Shown: positions 19,174 through 28,144, numbered from the stretch's first letter. The stretch: 64,000 nucleotides of DNA from Chloroflexia bacterium (GCA_036386675.1 DASVVE010000023.1:7786-71785); one strand, 5' to 3'. The notes: generated by a model not told the origin, from the sequence alone. Numbers and translations: made by a program.

Positions 19174-19518
19174 CTGAAACGTGAAACGTGAAACGTGAAA
19201 CGTGAAACGTGAAACGTGATGCGGCTAACTGTACTTGGTTCGTGGGTGCGAGCTTGTTACTGTTGCGGGACCATCTTCCTTCCTGTCATTCTGAACGCAG
19301 TGAAGAATCTCGTCCCTCTCTTAGGTATAACACCTTTCTTGAGATGAGAGTGTTGCCCTTGGAAGAGGGCCGCTTGGGTGCTGTAGGACGAGATTCTTCG
19401 CTGAGTTCAGAATGACAGGGCCTACTTGGTTCTGTCCTGCCAACAGTCCAGCACTCACGTACCCTATTGCACAAGCCGCATTAAGTTTCACGTTTCACGT
19501 TTCAGAGCCACGTTTCAG
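19174..19518. repeat. Composite nested palindromic element (family 1, full form): (GAAACGT)6-GATGCGGC cap enclosing the inner module at 19284..19417
   Basis: Left cap CTGAAACGT x6 then GATGCGGC (19174-19225). Right cap GCCGCATTAAGTTTCACGTTTCACGTTTCAG... (19475-19518). The inner inverted repeat TGTCATTCTGAACGCAGTGAAGAATCTCGTCC pairs with GGACGAGATTCTTCGCTGAGTTCAGAATGACA. The right cap contains the stop codon of the GT4 gene. Confidence 0.9.
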
Positions 19519-20622
19519 CATCAATTTCTCGTACAGTTCCTCGACGTGGTTCACCATCTTGTCTATGGTGAAGTGCGCGTGCACCCTCGCCTGGCCTGAT
19601 GAGCCGAGGCGCTGGGCGAAATCGCGGTCTGTTATGAGACGGGCCAGGCCCTCCGTGAGAGCGGCCCTGTCGCCAGGCTCCACCAGCAGGCCCGTCGAGC
19701 CATCTTGCACCACTTCGGGTACGCCGCCCACGCGCGTGGCTACCACGGGCAAGCACATCGACATGGCCTCCAGCACGGCTATTGGCAACGCTTCCTTGTG
19801 CGAGGGCAAGACGAACACGTCCATCGCATTCAGCAGCCGGGTTACGTCGTCGCGGGTGCCGGTAAATAGCGCGGCCCCTGTATCGAGCATGCCCAACTCG
19901 CCTGCGTACTTCTCTAGGTCCGGGCGTAGCGGCCCGTCACCTATTATAAGCAGCCTTACGTGCGGGTGCGACTTTCGTAGCTCGTTCGCGGCCCAGAGGA
20001 GGTCGTCCTGGCCGCCCTTGTCGGCACTCAGGCGGCCCACTGTGCCGATTACCACGTCTTTCGGTGCAAGGCCGAGTTCCTGGCGCACCGTCGGGGCCTC
20101 GACCCCTGGCTTGAACCGCGAGATGTCCACACCATTATAGGTCACGTCGAGATAACGCGCGGGGATTCCCTCCATCTGCATGACCAATTGCTTGCTGGCT
20201 TCGGAGGGCACCAGGATACGGTCTGTGAGACGATAGAGGAGGCGGTCTACCCACACTTCGCGTTGCGCCTTGGACGACCAGTGCTCGTGCGCTATTATCA
20301 CCGGCACCCCGGCTAGCCTGCCGAGCACGCGACCCCAGGTGTTCGCGCCGAAGAGGTGGGTGTGGAGGACGTGCACGGGCTGGCGGCGCATGAAGCGCAC
20401 CAGGCCGAGCATCTTGTGGCTCTCCCAGCGGCTGTTGCGCTCTATCACGAGGGTGCGCACCCCGGCAGCGTCGAGCAGGGGTTGGTAGTTGCCGGTGTGG
20501 CGGGTGACTACCACGGTGACGTTGAAGCGGGAGCGGTCCAGGCGCAGCGCGAGGTCAACCAGGGCCTTCTCGGCCCCGCCCCGCCCAGTCACATCCGTCA
20601 TTTGCACCACGTTCAGCTTCAT
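19495..20622 (-). CDS. Glycosyltransferase family 4
   Basis: VVQMTDVTGRGGAEKAL at the N terminus and HKEALPIAVLEAMSMCLPVVATRVGGVPEVV at the C terminus. The last residues KRGSET and the stop are encoded by the GAAACGT repeat. Confidence 0.85.
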   Translation of the reverse strand: MKLNVVQMTDVTGRGGAEKALVDLALRLDRSRFNVTVVVTRHTGNYQPLLDAAGVRTLVIERNSRWESHKMLGLVRFMRRQPVHVLHTHLFGANTWGRVLGRLAGVPVIIAHEHWSSKAQREVWVDRLLYRLTDRILVPSEASKQLVMQMEGIPARYLDVTYNGVDISRFKPGVEAPTVRQELGLAPKDVVIGTVGRLSADKGGQDDLLWAANELRKSHPHVRLLIIGDGPLRPDLEKYAGELGMLDTGAALFTGTRDDVTRLLNAMDVFVLPSHKEALPIAVLEAMSMCLPVVATRVGGVPEVVQDGSTGLLVEPGDRAALTEGLARLITDRDFAQRLGSSGQARVHAHFTIDKMVNHVEELYEKLMLKRGSET

Positions 20623-20826
20623 ATGCCTCGCTTCCGCTCAGTTGGCAGCCGCGCAATAAGGAGGAGCCGTGCGGCCTGGCTCCTACCTGGATGATACCGG
20701 AAAATCGACGTTTCGTGCTATGACCCAAAGGTTTTGCCGCCGAGTAACAAAAGTACCGCTGGTGACGCGCTCCCGTACTTTTAGGCCATGCCGGGGAGCG
20801 GGAGCATGGTGTATGATTCTCGGTAG

Positions 20827-22017
20827 ATGAAATCACAGACCGGCAGGCCGCGTGCCCTACAAGCTATACGCACGGTAGACTCCCGGCAGACGGGCGGGCC
20901 GGAGGAATTGCTGCTGGCCTGCTCCCCCATCATGCGCGAGCGGGGGCAGTTCGACCCGGCGATACTCCTCCTGCGCAAGCCCAACCCCGCCGACCCTGAG
21001 CGAGACTTCCACACGCGAGCGCGCAAGCGCAACATCCCTGTGCTCGCTTTGCCGGAAATGCGCTGGCGCCCACGCTGGCTGCGCGCGTTGCCGCGTAGGA
21101 TGAACGTCGCCCTGGTGCACGTACACGGCCAGCGCGCCAACTACTTCATCTGGTTGATGCGGAGGCTGTTTCCTGGCACATGGGGCAGGTTGCCGTTGGT
21201 GGCTACGGTGCACGGTTGGGTGCAGGACAACTTCGTGCGCAAGGTCGTTACCAGGCTGGAACTGCTCACCCTGCGCGAGTGCGACCACATTATCACCGTT
21301 TCGCAGTTGCAGCAACGCACGCTGCTGGAGATGGGCTTCAGTCCTGATAGGGTGAGCGTGGTGCGGCCCGGCATCCCGGAGTTCGCGATGGGACGCAAGG
21401 CCACGGCAGAGGAGCGTCACAGTGCCCGCGCGCGGTGGGGCATACCGCAGGACGCTTTTGTGATATCAGCCATCGGACGGCTTTCAACGGAAAAGCGCTT
21501 CGACCTCTACCTGCAAGTATGCGCCGCGCTGGCCGAGCGATTGCCCGACGCCGTGTTTCTGCTGGTGGGTGGGGGCAAGCAGGAAGCCAACTTGAAGGAG
21601 CAGGCGGCTAGCCTGGGGCTGGGCGAGCGCCTGATATTCACAGGGCTGACGCGCGAGATGCCCAGCGTGTACGCAGCCACCGACCTTGTGATGATCACAT
21701 CGGACACCGAGGGCATACCCCACGTGTTGCTGGAAGCGATGGGCCAGGGCATCCCGGTGGTGTCTACCGCAGTGGGCGGCATACCGGAGATTGTCACCTC
21801 AGGCGAGAACGCACTACTGGTGCCCGCCGGCAGCCTGGACGACCTGGTGAACGCCGCGATACGCATCCACGACGAACCTGGGCTTGGGTGCCACCTGGCC
21901 GCGGGTGGCCGAGAAGTGGCCGGACAATTCACCATAGATCGACTGGTTGCCGGTACGGAGCAAGTCTACAAAAAGGTGCTGGACCGCCGGGCCGCACCGA
22001 GCACGCGAGCACGATAA
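20827..22017 (+). CDS. Glycosyltransferase family 4
   Basis: SDTEGIPHVLLEAMGQGIPVVSTAVGGIPEIV signature; the N terminus is less typical (QTGGPEELLL). Confidence 0.8.
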   Translation: MKSQTGRPRALQAIRTVDSRQTGGPEELLLACSPIMRERGQFDPAILLLRKPNPADPERDFHTRARKRNIPVLALPEMRWRPRWLRALPRRMNVALVHVHGQRANYFIWLMRRLFPGTWGRLPLVATVHGWVQDNFVRKVVTRLELLTLRECDHIITVSQLQQRTLLEMGFSPDRVSVVRPGIPEFAMGRKATAEERHSARARWGIPQDAFVISAIGRLSTEKRFDLYLQVCAALAERLPDAVFLLVGGGKQEANLKEQAASLGLGERLIFTGLTREMPSVYAATDLVMITSDTEGIPHVLLEAMGQGIPVVSTAVGGIPEIVTSGENALLVPAGSLDDLVNAAIRIHDEPGLGCHLAAGGREVAGQFTIDRLVAGTEQVYKKVLDRRAAPSTRAR

Positions 22018-22018
22018 C

Positions 22019-23200
22019 ATGCGCATACTCTTTCTCACCCCACGATTCTGCTACCCCTTGCTCAAAGGCGACACTTCGCGTGTGTACCACCAACTCCGCG
22101 AGCTATCGCGCGAGCACGAGATCACGCTGTTGAGCATAGCCGAGAGGCCCGTAAGCCCCGACGAGTACGAGCAGGTCGCCAAATACTGCAAGCGCGTTGT
22201 CGTCGTGCCGCTCCCCCGGTGGCGTACGCTCTGGAACCTGGGCACGGGCCTGCTTTCGAAGCTGCCTTTGCAGGTGAATTACTACCGCATCCCGGCCGTG
22301 CAGCGGCATCTAATGAGGCTGCTGTCCGAGGAGCAGTTCGACCTGCTACATGTGACTCTCGTGAGGATGCTGCCTTACGTTCGGGCCGTCGAGCATCCGC
22401 CCGTTGTAGTCGACCTGATCGACTCCCTCACGCTGAACCTTGCCGACCGGCGCGAGCAAGTAAGTGGGCCGAAACGACTCGCGTATGAGATCGAGTACAG
22501 GAGGATGCGCGATTACGAGCAAGCAGTGGTGGCGCGTTACCCTGAGTTGCTCGTCACGTCTCCCGCCGACAAACTGGCGCTTGGAGGGCGAGACGGCATC
22601 ACCGTGCTGCCAATGGGCGTCGATTTGGAACGTTTCCAGTTCCGTGGCCCCGAAGTGCGAGATTCGCAAACGATAATCTTCACCGGCAACATGGGCTACC
22701 ACCCGAACGAAGAAGCTGTGCTCTGGTTCGCCGCCGAAGTGTGGCCCAGGCTGCGAGCCACGCACCCGCAGCTTGTCTGGCAGGTAGTCGGCACCAATCC
22801 TACAGAGAGGGTGCGCGCGCTAGCCGAGCCGGAAAATGGAGTAGAGGTACTGGGTTGGGTGCCCGATGTAAGCGACTACCTGGGGCGGGCCACGATTTCT
22901 ATCTGCCCGTTGCGCTCAGGCTCAGGCATCCAGATGAAGGTGCAGGAAGCGATGTCGGTGGGCGCGCCCGTGGTGGCGACCTCGATAGCGAACCGTGGCG
23001 TGGGCGGAGTGCCGGGCCGCGACCTGCTGGTAGCCGACACGGCACATGATTTTGCGGCTGCCGTCACTCGCCTGCTGGACGACCCGCAGGGCCGCGCATG
23101 CCTGGGACACGCGGGGCGGCAGTTCGTGGAGCAACAGTTCCAGTGGGAGCGACACGCGGAGCAACTAACGGCTATTTATGAGAGGCTGTTAGGTGCCTAA
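22019..23200 (+). CDS. Glycosyltransferase family 4
   Basis: ATG 22019 follows the upstream TAA by 1 nt. MRILFLTPRFCYPLLKGDTSRVYHQLRELS at the N terminus and GSGIQMKVQEAMSVGAPVVAT at the C terminus. Confidence 0.85.
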   Translation: MRILFLTPRFCYPLLKGDTSRVYHQLRELSREHEITLLSIAERPVSPDEYEQVAKYCKRVVVVPLPRWRTLWNLGTGLLSKLPLQVNYYRIPAVQRHLMRLLSEEQFDLLHVTLVRMLPYVRAVEHPPVVVDLIDSLTLNLADRREQVSGPKRLAYEIEYRRMRDYEQAVVARYPELLVTSPADKLALGGRDGITVLPMGVDLERFQFRGPEVRDSQTIIFTGNMGYHPNEEAVLWFAAEVWPRLRATHPQLVWQVVGTNPTERVRALAEPENGVEVLGWVPDVSDYLGRATISICPLRSGSGIQMKVQEAMSVGAPVVATSIANRGVGGVPGRDLLVADTAHDFAAAVTRLLDDPQGRACLGHAGRQFVEQQFQWERHAEQLTAIYERLLGA

Positions 23201-23229
23201 GGTGGGGCGCACCTCGATCTGCTGCATTT

Positions 23230-23402
23230 TGCGAAGGGCGGCGCCCGTCGATTGAAATCGAGGGCTACAGCTTGCGAAGTCTGCCCTGCGGCAGACTGGT
23301 ATATCTCAGAGCGTCTGAAACGACCTTGAAAGATGTATTAGTCCCCGAAGGGGGACTTTGCAAGGTGTAGCCCTCGATTTCAATCGACGGGCGCCGCCTT
23401 TG
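23230..23402. repeat. Long inverted repeat (about 50-bp arms) with terminal mini-hairpins
   Basis: The left arm GCGAAGGGCGGCGCCCGTCGATTGAAATCGAGGGCTACAGCTTGCGAAGTC (23230-23280) is nearly the reverse complement of 23353-23402. Each arm abuts a small hairpin (AGTCTGCCCTGCGGCAGACT and AGTCCCCGAAGGGGGACT). Confidence 0.85.
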
Positions 23403-23446
23403 CAACCCGTAGCATCATTCGACGGGCGTCACCATGCGACCAACCG

Positions 23447-23812
23447 CTACTGAACTGCTGCTGTATACCCGCGAATGTGAACTACCGGGCGGGTGCGTGA
23501 CGTGTGCTTGGCGCGAACATAGCACACCCGCTCAGTAGTCTGCTTCCATGATATGGGCCGCGCTGCCGGTTGCCTATTACCCCATCGGGTGAAGCGGCAG
23601 GAACCAAAGTACTTACTGATAATCGGAATGTTACCTGAAGAAGTATAGATTGGTAGAGCTAATCTCGCTTCCGGGGCTTGGCACAACTCTTGCCCGAATG
23701 TAGCCAATTCATCATAGTAAATGCGGGCAGATGTACTAGATACGCTTCCCAAGCTGAGAAATTCTGCTATACTACTGCAATAGATTTGCGACACGCGTTG
23801 AGTGGGGTTCAT
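23447..23812 (-). CDS. Hypothetical protein (121 aa) in a lower-GC patch
   Basis: Only ORF in 23447-23860. ATG 23812 avoids overlap with the neighbouring gene. No recognisable motif, and the composition is atypical for this window. Confidence 0.25.
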   Translation of the reverse strand: MNPTQRVSQIYCSSIAEFLSLGSVSSTSARIYYDELATFGQELCQAPEARLALPIYTSSGNIPIISKYFGSCRFTRWGNRQPAARPISWKQTTERVCYVRAKHTSRTRPVVHIRGYTAAVQ

Positions 23813-23864
23813 GCTCCGAGTTACGCACGAGCCGCAACACGACCCTAGAAATCGGAGCAGATAC

Positions 23865-24686
23865 ATGCCATTCGCGAACGGGCTACCCCTTATCGGCATT
23901 TCGACGATGGACGACAACGATGCGGCCGGCGTGCACGCGCCTCGCTTCAGCATCAACCAGAGCTACTGCAAGGCGGTAGAAGCGGCGGGCGGCGTGCCCA
24001 TCATGATCCCGCACCAGGAAGACGCCGATGCCCTGCGCAGCATCTATGAAATCCTGGATGGGCTGCTGGTGCCCGGCGGGCTGGACATCCACCCGAAGCA
24101 CTACGGTCAGGAGCCTCACCCCGCCCTCGATCCCACCGACCACGGCATGGACTTCCTGGAGACCACCGTGCTACCCTGGGCCATCGAAGACGACATGCCG
24201 ATCCTGGGTATCTGTCGAGGCGAGCAGGTGCTGAACGTGATAATGGGCGGCACGCTGATCCAGGATATCTACTCCGAGTACCCCACCACCATCGACCACC
24301 GCGAGTCCTTCAAACGCAGGATCCGCGATTTCCTGGCGCATGACATCTCTATTGACCCCGGTTCTCGACTGCACGCCCTCGCAGGCAAGGACCGCGTGTG
24401 GGTTAACACCTCACACCACCAGTCTATCGACAAGATCGGCAATGGCCTGGTGGCTACCGCGTGGTCGCCCGACGGTATCGTGGAAGCCATAGAGCACCCG
24501 GACGCACACTACCTTGTGGCCGTGCAGTGCCACCCTGAGGAACTGTGGCGCAAGCATGCGTGGGCGCGCAAGCTGTTCAAGTCGTTCGTGGACGCCACTG
24601 TGGAGTCGAAGAGGGGCGTGCGCCGCACCTCGGCCTCCATCTCCCTGCCTCAGAGCCAGCCGCAGGTCACCGCGGTAGGCGCATAG
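23865..24686 (+). CDS. Gamma-glutamyl-GABA hydrolase-like class I glutamine amidotransferase (peptidase C26)
   Basis: PLIGIS..., PILGICRGEQVLNV (nucleophile Cys), NTSHHQS and VQCHPE form the triad pattern of the C26/PuuD family. ATG 23865 begins the conserved part. Confidence 0.8.
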   Translation: MPFANGLPLIGISTMDDNDAAGVHAPRFSINQSYCKAVEAAGGVPIMIPHQEDADALRSIYEILDGLLVPGGLDIHPKHYGQEPHPALDPTDHGMDFLETTVLPWAIEDDMPILGICRGEQVLNVIMGGTLIQDIYSEYPTTIDHRESFKRRIRDFLAHDISIDPGSRLHALAGKDRVWVNTSHHQSIDKIGNGLVATAWSPDGIVEAIEHPDAHYLVAVQCHPEELWRKHAWARKLFKSFVDATVESKRGVRRTSASISLPQSQPQVTAVGA

Positions 24687-24769
24687 ACTTTTAGCAGAAT
24701 GTGAGGCGGTCGGCACGGGAGATGTTCAGCGTCTCCAGAGCCGCCCGCCCTTTTTATTCCAATACAACC

Positions 24770-26050
24770 ATGTCACAGACACCGGCTACACTGATAATCC
24801 ACTCGGCGGCAGAGCTTGTGACGTGCCACAGCGATAGCTCGCCGGAAGGTCCGCGCGCCGGGGCTATGCAGGCCGACGCTGGTATCATCTCCAATGGCGC
24901 GGTGGCGGTGCGGGACGGCCACATCCTGGCAGCCGGGCCGAGGGATGAGGTACTCCATCGCTACCGGGGCGACGATACCGACCTGATTGACGCCACCGGC
25001 AAGACGGTCACCCCTGGCCTCGTGGACGCGCACACGCACCTGATCTGGAGCGGCTACCGTGACGAAGAATACGAGATGCGGCTGCGCGGTGCCACCTACC
25101 TGGAGATCATGGCGGCTGGCGGTGGCATCATGTCCACGGTACGGGCGACGCGCATCGCCCATGAGGACGAATTGAAAAGCAGGACGGCCGAGCGATTGCG
25201 GCGCATGCTAGAGCACGGTACCACGACGGTCGAAATCAAGAGCGGCTACGGCCTCTCGGTGGAAGACGAGTTGAAGTGCCTGTGGGCGGTACGTGACCTC
25301 AACCACGAGTTGCAGATGGCGGGCACGGGGCCACGCATAGCCGCCACGTTCCTGGGCGCGCATGCCATACCCGAAGAGTACGCGGGCGACCCTGAAGGCT
25401 ATGTAACGCTGGTGATAGAGAAGATGCTGCCCACGGTGGCGGACCAGGGGCTTGCGGAGTGGTGCGACGTCTTCTGCGATGTGGGGGCTTTCACGGCAGA
25501 CCAGACCCGGCGCATCCTACAGGCGGCCAAAGACCTGGGCCTGGGCACCCGGCTGCACGCCAACGAGTTCGAGCGCGTGGGGGCCGTGCAGGTGGCCGCC
25601 GAGATGCGCTGCTCGTCAGCCGACCACCTGCTGGTGATGGAGCCTGAGGACATAGAGGCGCTCCGGGAGGCGGGCACGGTGGCGGTGCTGCTGCCGGGCA
25701 CGCCGCTGGGCCTGGGGTTGGGCAGGTACGCCCCGGCACGTGCCCTCATCGAAGCGGGAGTGCCGGTGGCCCTCGCCACCGACTGCAACCCCGGCACCTG
25801 CCCCTCCGAGAACCTGACGCTGATGATCGCCCTGGCCTGCTCGCAGATGAAGATGTCGCCCGCCGAAGCCATTGTGGCCGCCACCATCAACAGCGCCTAC
25901 ACCCTTGACCGGGGGCACCTGCTGGGCAGCCTTGAGCCGGGCAAACTTGGCGACATAGTCATCTGGAACGCCCCCAACCACAGGCACCTTGCCTACCACT
26001 TCGGCGTCAACCTTGCCGAGCAGGTGTTTGTTGGCGGTCTGAGGGTATAA
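24770..26050 (+). CDS. hutI: Imidazolonepropionase
   Basis: TVTPGLVDAHTHLIWSG, EIKSGYGL, LHANEF, DHL and LATDCNPG are HutI amidohydrolase motifs. ATG 24770. Confidence 0.85.
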   Translation: MSQTPATLIIHSAAELVTCHSDSSPEGPRAGAMQADAGIISNGAVAVRDGHILAAGPRDEVLHRYRGDDTDLIDATGKTVTPGLVDAHTHLIWSGYRDEEYEMRLRGATYLEIMAAGGGIMSTVRATRIAHEDELKSRTAERLRRMLEHGTTTVEIKSGYGLSVEDELKCLWAVRDLNHELQMAGTGPRIAATFLGAHAIPEEYAGDPEGYVTLVIEKMLPTVADQGLAEWCDVFCDVGAFTADQTRRILQAAKDLGLGTRLHANEFERVGAVQVAAEMRCSSADHLLVMEPEDIEALREAGTVAVLLPGTPLGLGLGRYAPARALIEAGVPVALATDCNPGTCPSENLTLMIALACSQMKMSPAEAIVAATINSAYTLDRGHLLGSLEPGKLGDIVIWNAPNHRHLAYHFGVNLAEQVFVGGLRV

Positions 26051-26063
26051 GCGGGCAGGAGAA

Positions 26064-26307
26064 GGAACCGCCAAGACGCCAAGGACGCCAAGAGTAATAA
26101 AGAATTGCACCGCAGAGACGCAGAGGACGCGGAGATTACGCGGAGAAGAATAGAGGGGGTTCTTTATTAGGGCAGCGTTGTGCAGTAAGATGCTCCCCTT
26201 ACCCCTTCCTGAACAACCACAATCTCTGCGTAATCTCTGCGTCCTCTGCGTCTCTGCGGTGAATAATATTCTTCGTCTTGGCGCGCTCTTGGCGTCTTGG
26301 CGGTTCC
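26064..26307. repeat. Long palindromic element built from GCCAAGAC/GCCAAGGAC and GCAGAGAC/GCAGAGGAC units (family 3)
   Basis: The left arm GGAACCGCCAAGACGCCAAGGACGCCAAGAG...CACCGCAGAGACGCAGAGGACGCGGAG (26064-26148) is mirrored by 26224-26307. It lies between the convergent hutI and asparaginase genes. Confidence 0.9.
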
Positions 26308-26326
26308 GTCTATTTACTTCGGTTAC

Positions 26327-27391
26327 TCATTCTTCTGCAAGGGACAGTGTAAAAGCGGGGCGGACCATGCCCACGACATCACCGGGGCGGTTGCGTATCT
26401 CCTCCACCCAGTACATTTCCAGTTTGTTCAGGGCATCTTCGGTGAGCATGCCGGTTTGGCGGAGGCCCTCGGTCACGGAGGGGTTGCGGGCGCGGAGGGA
26501 GTTGTCGCCGTCGAGTACCTTTAGCGCAAAGCCGATGGCAGGATTATCCCCTGTGCTCACCGTGGCGGCGCAGAACACCCCTTCCGCGCCCACCTTGCTA
26601 ATCAGGGTGCCACCGGCGGCCCGCATGAGGTCGGTATCGAAGCGTTGCTGGCGGGCGGCCACATACTCCGGGTACGCGAGCATGGCCTCGGTGATGCGGC
26701 GTACCGCGCTACGGCGAGGCTCCGGCCAGTAATCAGCCTGCGCCAGGCGAGCGAATGATACGGACATGGCATGTACGGACATGCCAAAAGTCAGCACTCC
26801 GCAGCCGTCCACACCGACGTGCACCTCCTGGGGATCGAGACCCGCGAACTCGGCCACGACCTTGTGCATGGCCTGTTGCACCGGGTGGGGGCCATTCTCG
26901 TAGCCGCTGATAGGCCAGCCGTGAAAGCGCGCCAGGGCAAGCATGCCGGCATGCTTGCCGGAGCAGTTGTTATGGAGTGCCGTCGGCGCTTCACGACGAT
27001 CTTCGAGGGCACGAGCGGCCGCCTTGTCGTAGGGCGCGTGCACCCCGCAAGCCAGGGCGTCCGGTCCCAGGCCAATCTTAGCGAGGATGCTCAATACAGC
27101 TTCAGCGTGTATGTCCTCCCCACCGTGGGAGCCGCAACATATGGCAATCTCTTGCTCGGTCAGCCCAAAGTGGTCGGCTGCCCCGCTTTCCACGACCGGC
27201 ACGGCCTGTATCGGCTTGGAGGACGAGCGATAGTAGCTCACCACGCCGGGATTGCCCAGCCACGCCAGCAGGCTACCCTCCGCGTCCGCCACCGAAATCA
27301 CCCCATGATGCACCGACTCCACAATCGGCCCGCGCGTAACCTCCACCAGCACCGCCGCACTATGTGTAGGGCCATGCTTTGGATCGACCAT
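26327..27391 (-). CDS. L-asparaginase II family protein (Rhizobium-type)
   Basis: VEVTRGPIVESVHHGVISV...YYRSSSKPIQAVPVVESGAADHF...CCGSHGGEDIH...NNCSGKHAGML matches the Asparaginase_II family as I recall it. Confidence 0.8.
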   Translation of the reverse strand: MVDPKHGPTHSAAVLVEVTRGPIVESVHHGVISVADAEGSLLAWLGNPGVVSYYRSSSKPIQAVPVVESGAADHFGLTEQEIAICCGSHGGEDIHAEAVLSILAKIGLGPDALACGVHAPYDKAAARALEDRREAPTALHNNCSGKHAGMLALARFHGWPISGYENGPHPVQQAMHKVVAEFAGLDPQEVHVGVDGCGVLTFGMSVHAMSVSFARLAQADYWPEPRRSAVRRITEAMLAYPEYVAARQQRFDTDLMRAAGGTLISKVGAEGVFCAATVSTGDNPAIGFALKVLDGDNSLRARNPSVTEGLRQTGMLTEDALNKLEMYWVEEIRNRPGDVVGMVRPAFTLSLAEE

Positions 27392-27400
27392 TGTACCTCC

Positions 27401-27479
27401 ATTTTGAATTGCGAATTGCGAATTGCGAATTTGTTCCGTATTCTACTAAATTCGAATTTCGAAATTCGAATTTCCAAAT
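27401..27479. repeat. Family 2 palindrome, degenerate copy
   Basis: ATTTTGAATTGCGAATTGCGAATTGCGAATTT ... AAATTCGAATTTCGAAATTCGAATTTCCAAAT with imperfectly complementary arms. It fills the gap between the O-methyltransferase stop and the asparaginase SD. Confidence 0.8.
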
Positions 27480-28144
27480 CATACCTTCACGCTCATACTC
27501 AGCCCATCACGGAGTGGGATAATGGTGCTGGTTAGCCTGGGGTGGTTGAAGATTGCTTGATTGAAGGCGGCTATGCCCTGGGTGGAGGGGCTGTGGTCCT
27601 GCGGCTGGAGTACCTGGCCGGAGCGTAGGGCGTTGTCGGAGAGGAGCACGCCACCGGGGCGCAGACGCCGCACACAGAGGTCCAACATCTCCAGGGCGGT
27701 GTCGGCACGGTCGAACTGGGTAAGCACATCCAGGAAGATGAGGTCGAAACTCTCCTCCATGCCGCGCATCAGGACGAGCGCATCCCCGCGACGCACCGCG
27801 CACACGCCGGAAAGCCCCGCCTGGCGCATGTAAGCCTCGGCCCAGACCGCCCTGCTACCGTCGCGCTCAAGCGTAACCACACGGCCTTCGACCTTTTCTG
27901 CCGCCATACTTAGCCACATGGCTGAATAACCAATAGCTGTACCTACTTCAAGTATGTCTTTCGGCTTGGTCGCCAATACCAACGAGTAGAGGAATTGCCC
28001 CTGCATAGGTCCAACTATACCAAGGCCCTCCCGCTCGGCGTGCGCTTCCATGTCGGCAAGCATTTCTTCCCTTGCGGGTAACAGGGCCTCCATGTAGTCT
28101 TCCAGCCTGGGGTCGGTGATGCCGAAGTGCTTCATTGCTCTCAA
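27479..28144 (-). CDS. Class I SAM-dependent O-methyltransferase (family 3, caffeoyl-CoA OMT-like)
   Basis: ILEVGTAIGYSAMW, VTLERD and FDLIFLD motifs; 221 aa. Confidence 0.8.
   Translation of the reverse strand: MRAMKHFGITDPRLEDYMEALLPAREEMLADMEAHAEREGLGIVGPMQGQFLYSLVLATKPKDILEVGTAIGYSAMWLSMAAEKVEGRVVTLERDGSRAVWAEAYMRQAGLSGVCAVRRGDALVLMRGMEESFDLIFLDVLTQFDRADTALEMLDLCVRRLRPGGVLLSDNALRSGQVLQPQDHSPSTQGIAAFNQAIFNHPRLTSTIIPLRDGLSMSVKV

Noticed and set aside
19174-19225. Tandem GAAACGT arrays (and the GGTTAGT, CAGTCCT and GGTAACN arrays) as CRISPR arrays
   Set aside because: The units are 7 nt and directly abutting, with no spacers. The arrays are at most 60 nt and usually paired with a complementary arm. 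No cas genes are in the window.
19209-19474. Short ORFs with recurring peptides such as CHSERSEESRP or KRDAA (19209..19415, 19286..19474, 47325..47531, 47402..47608, 12746..12967, 29214..29429, 30889 start)
   Set aside because: They are translations of the palindromic repeat modules on both strands. The same peptide recurs because the DNA repeat recurs.
23230-23402. A CRISPR-repeat-like 32-mer (..CGATTGAAATCGAGGGCTAC) as a mini CRISPR locus
   Set aside because: Only two copies exist, in inverted orientation, forming one long hairpin. There is no repeat-spacer periodicity.
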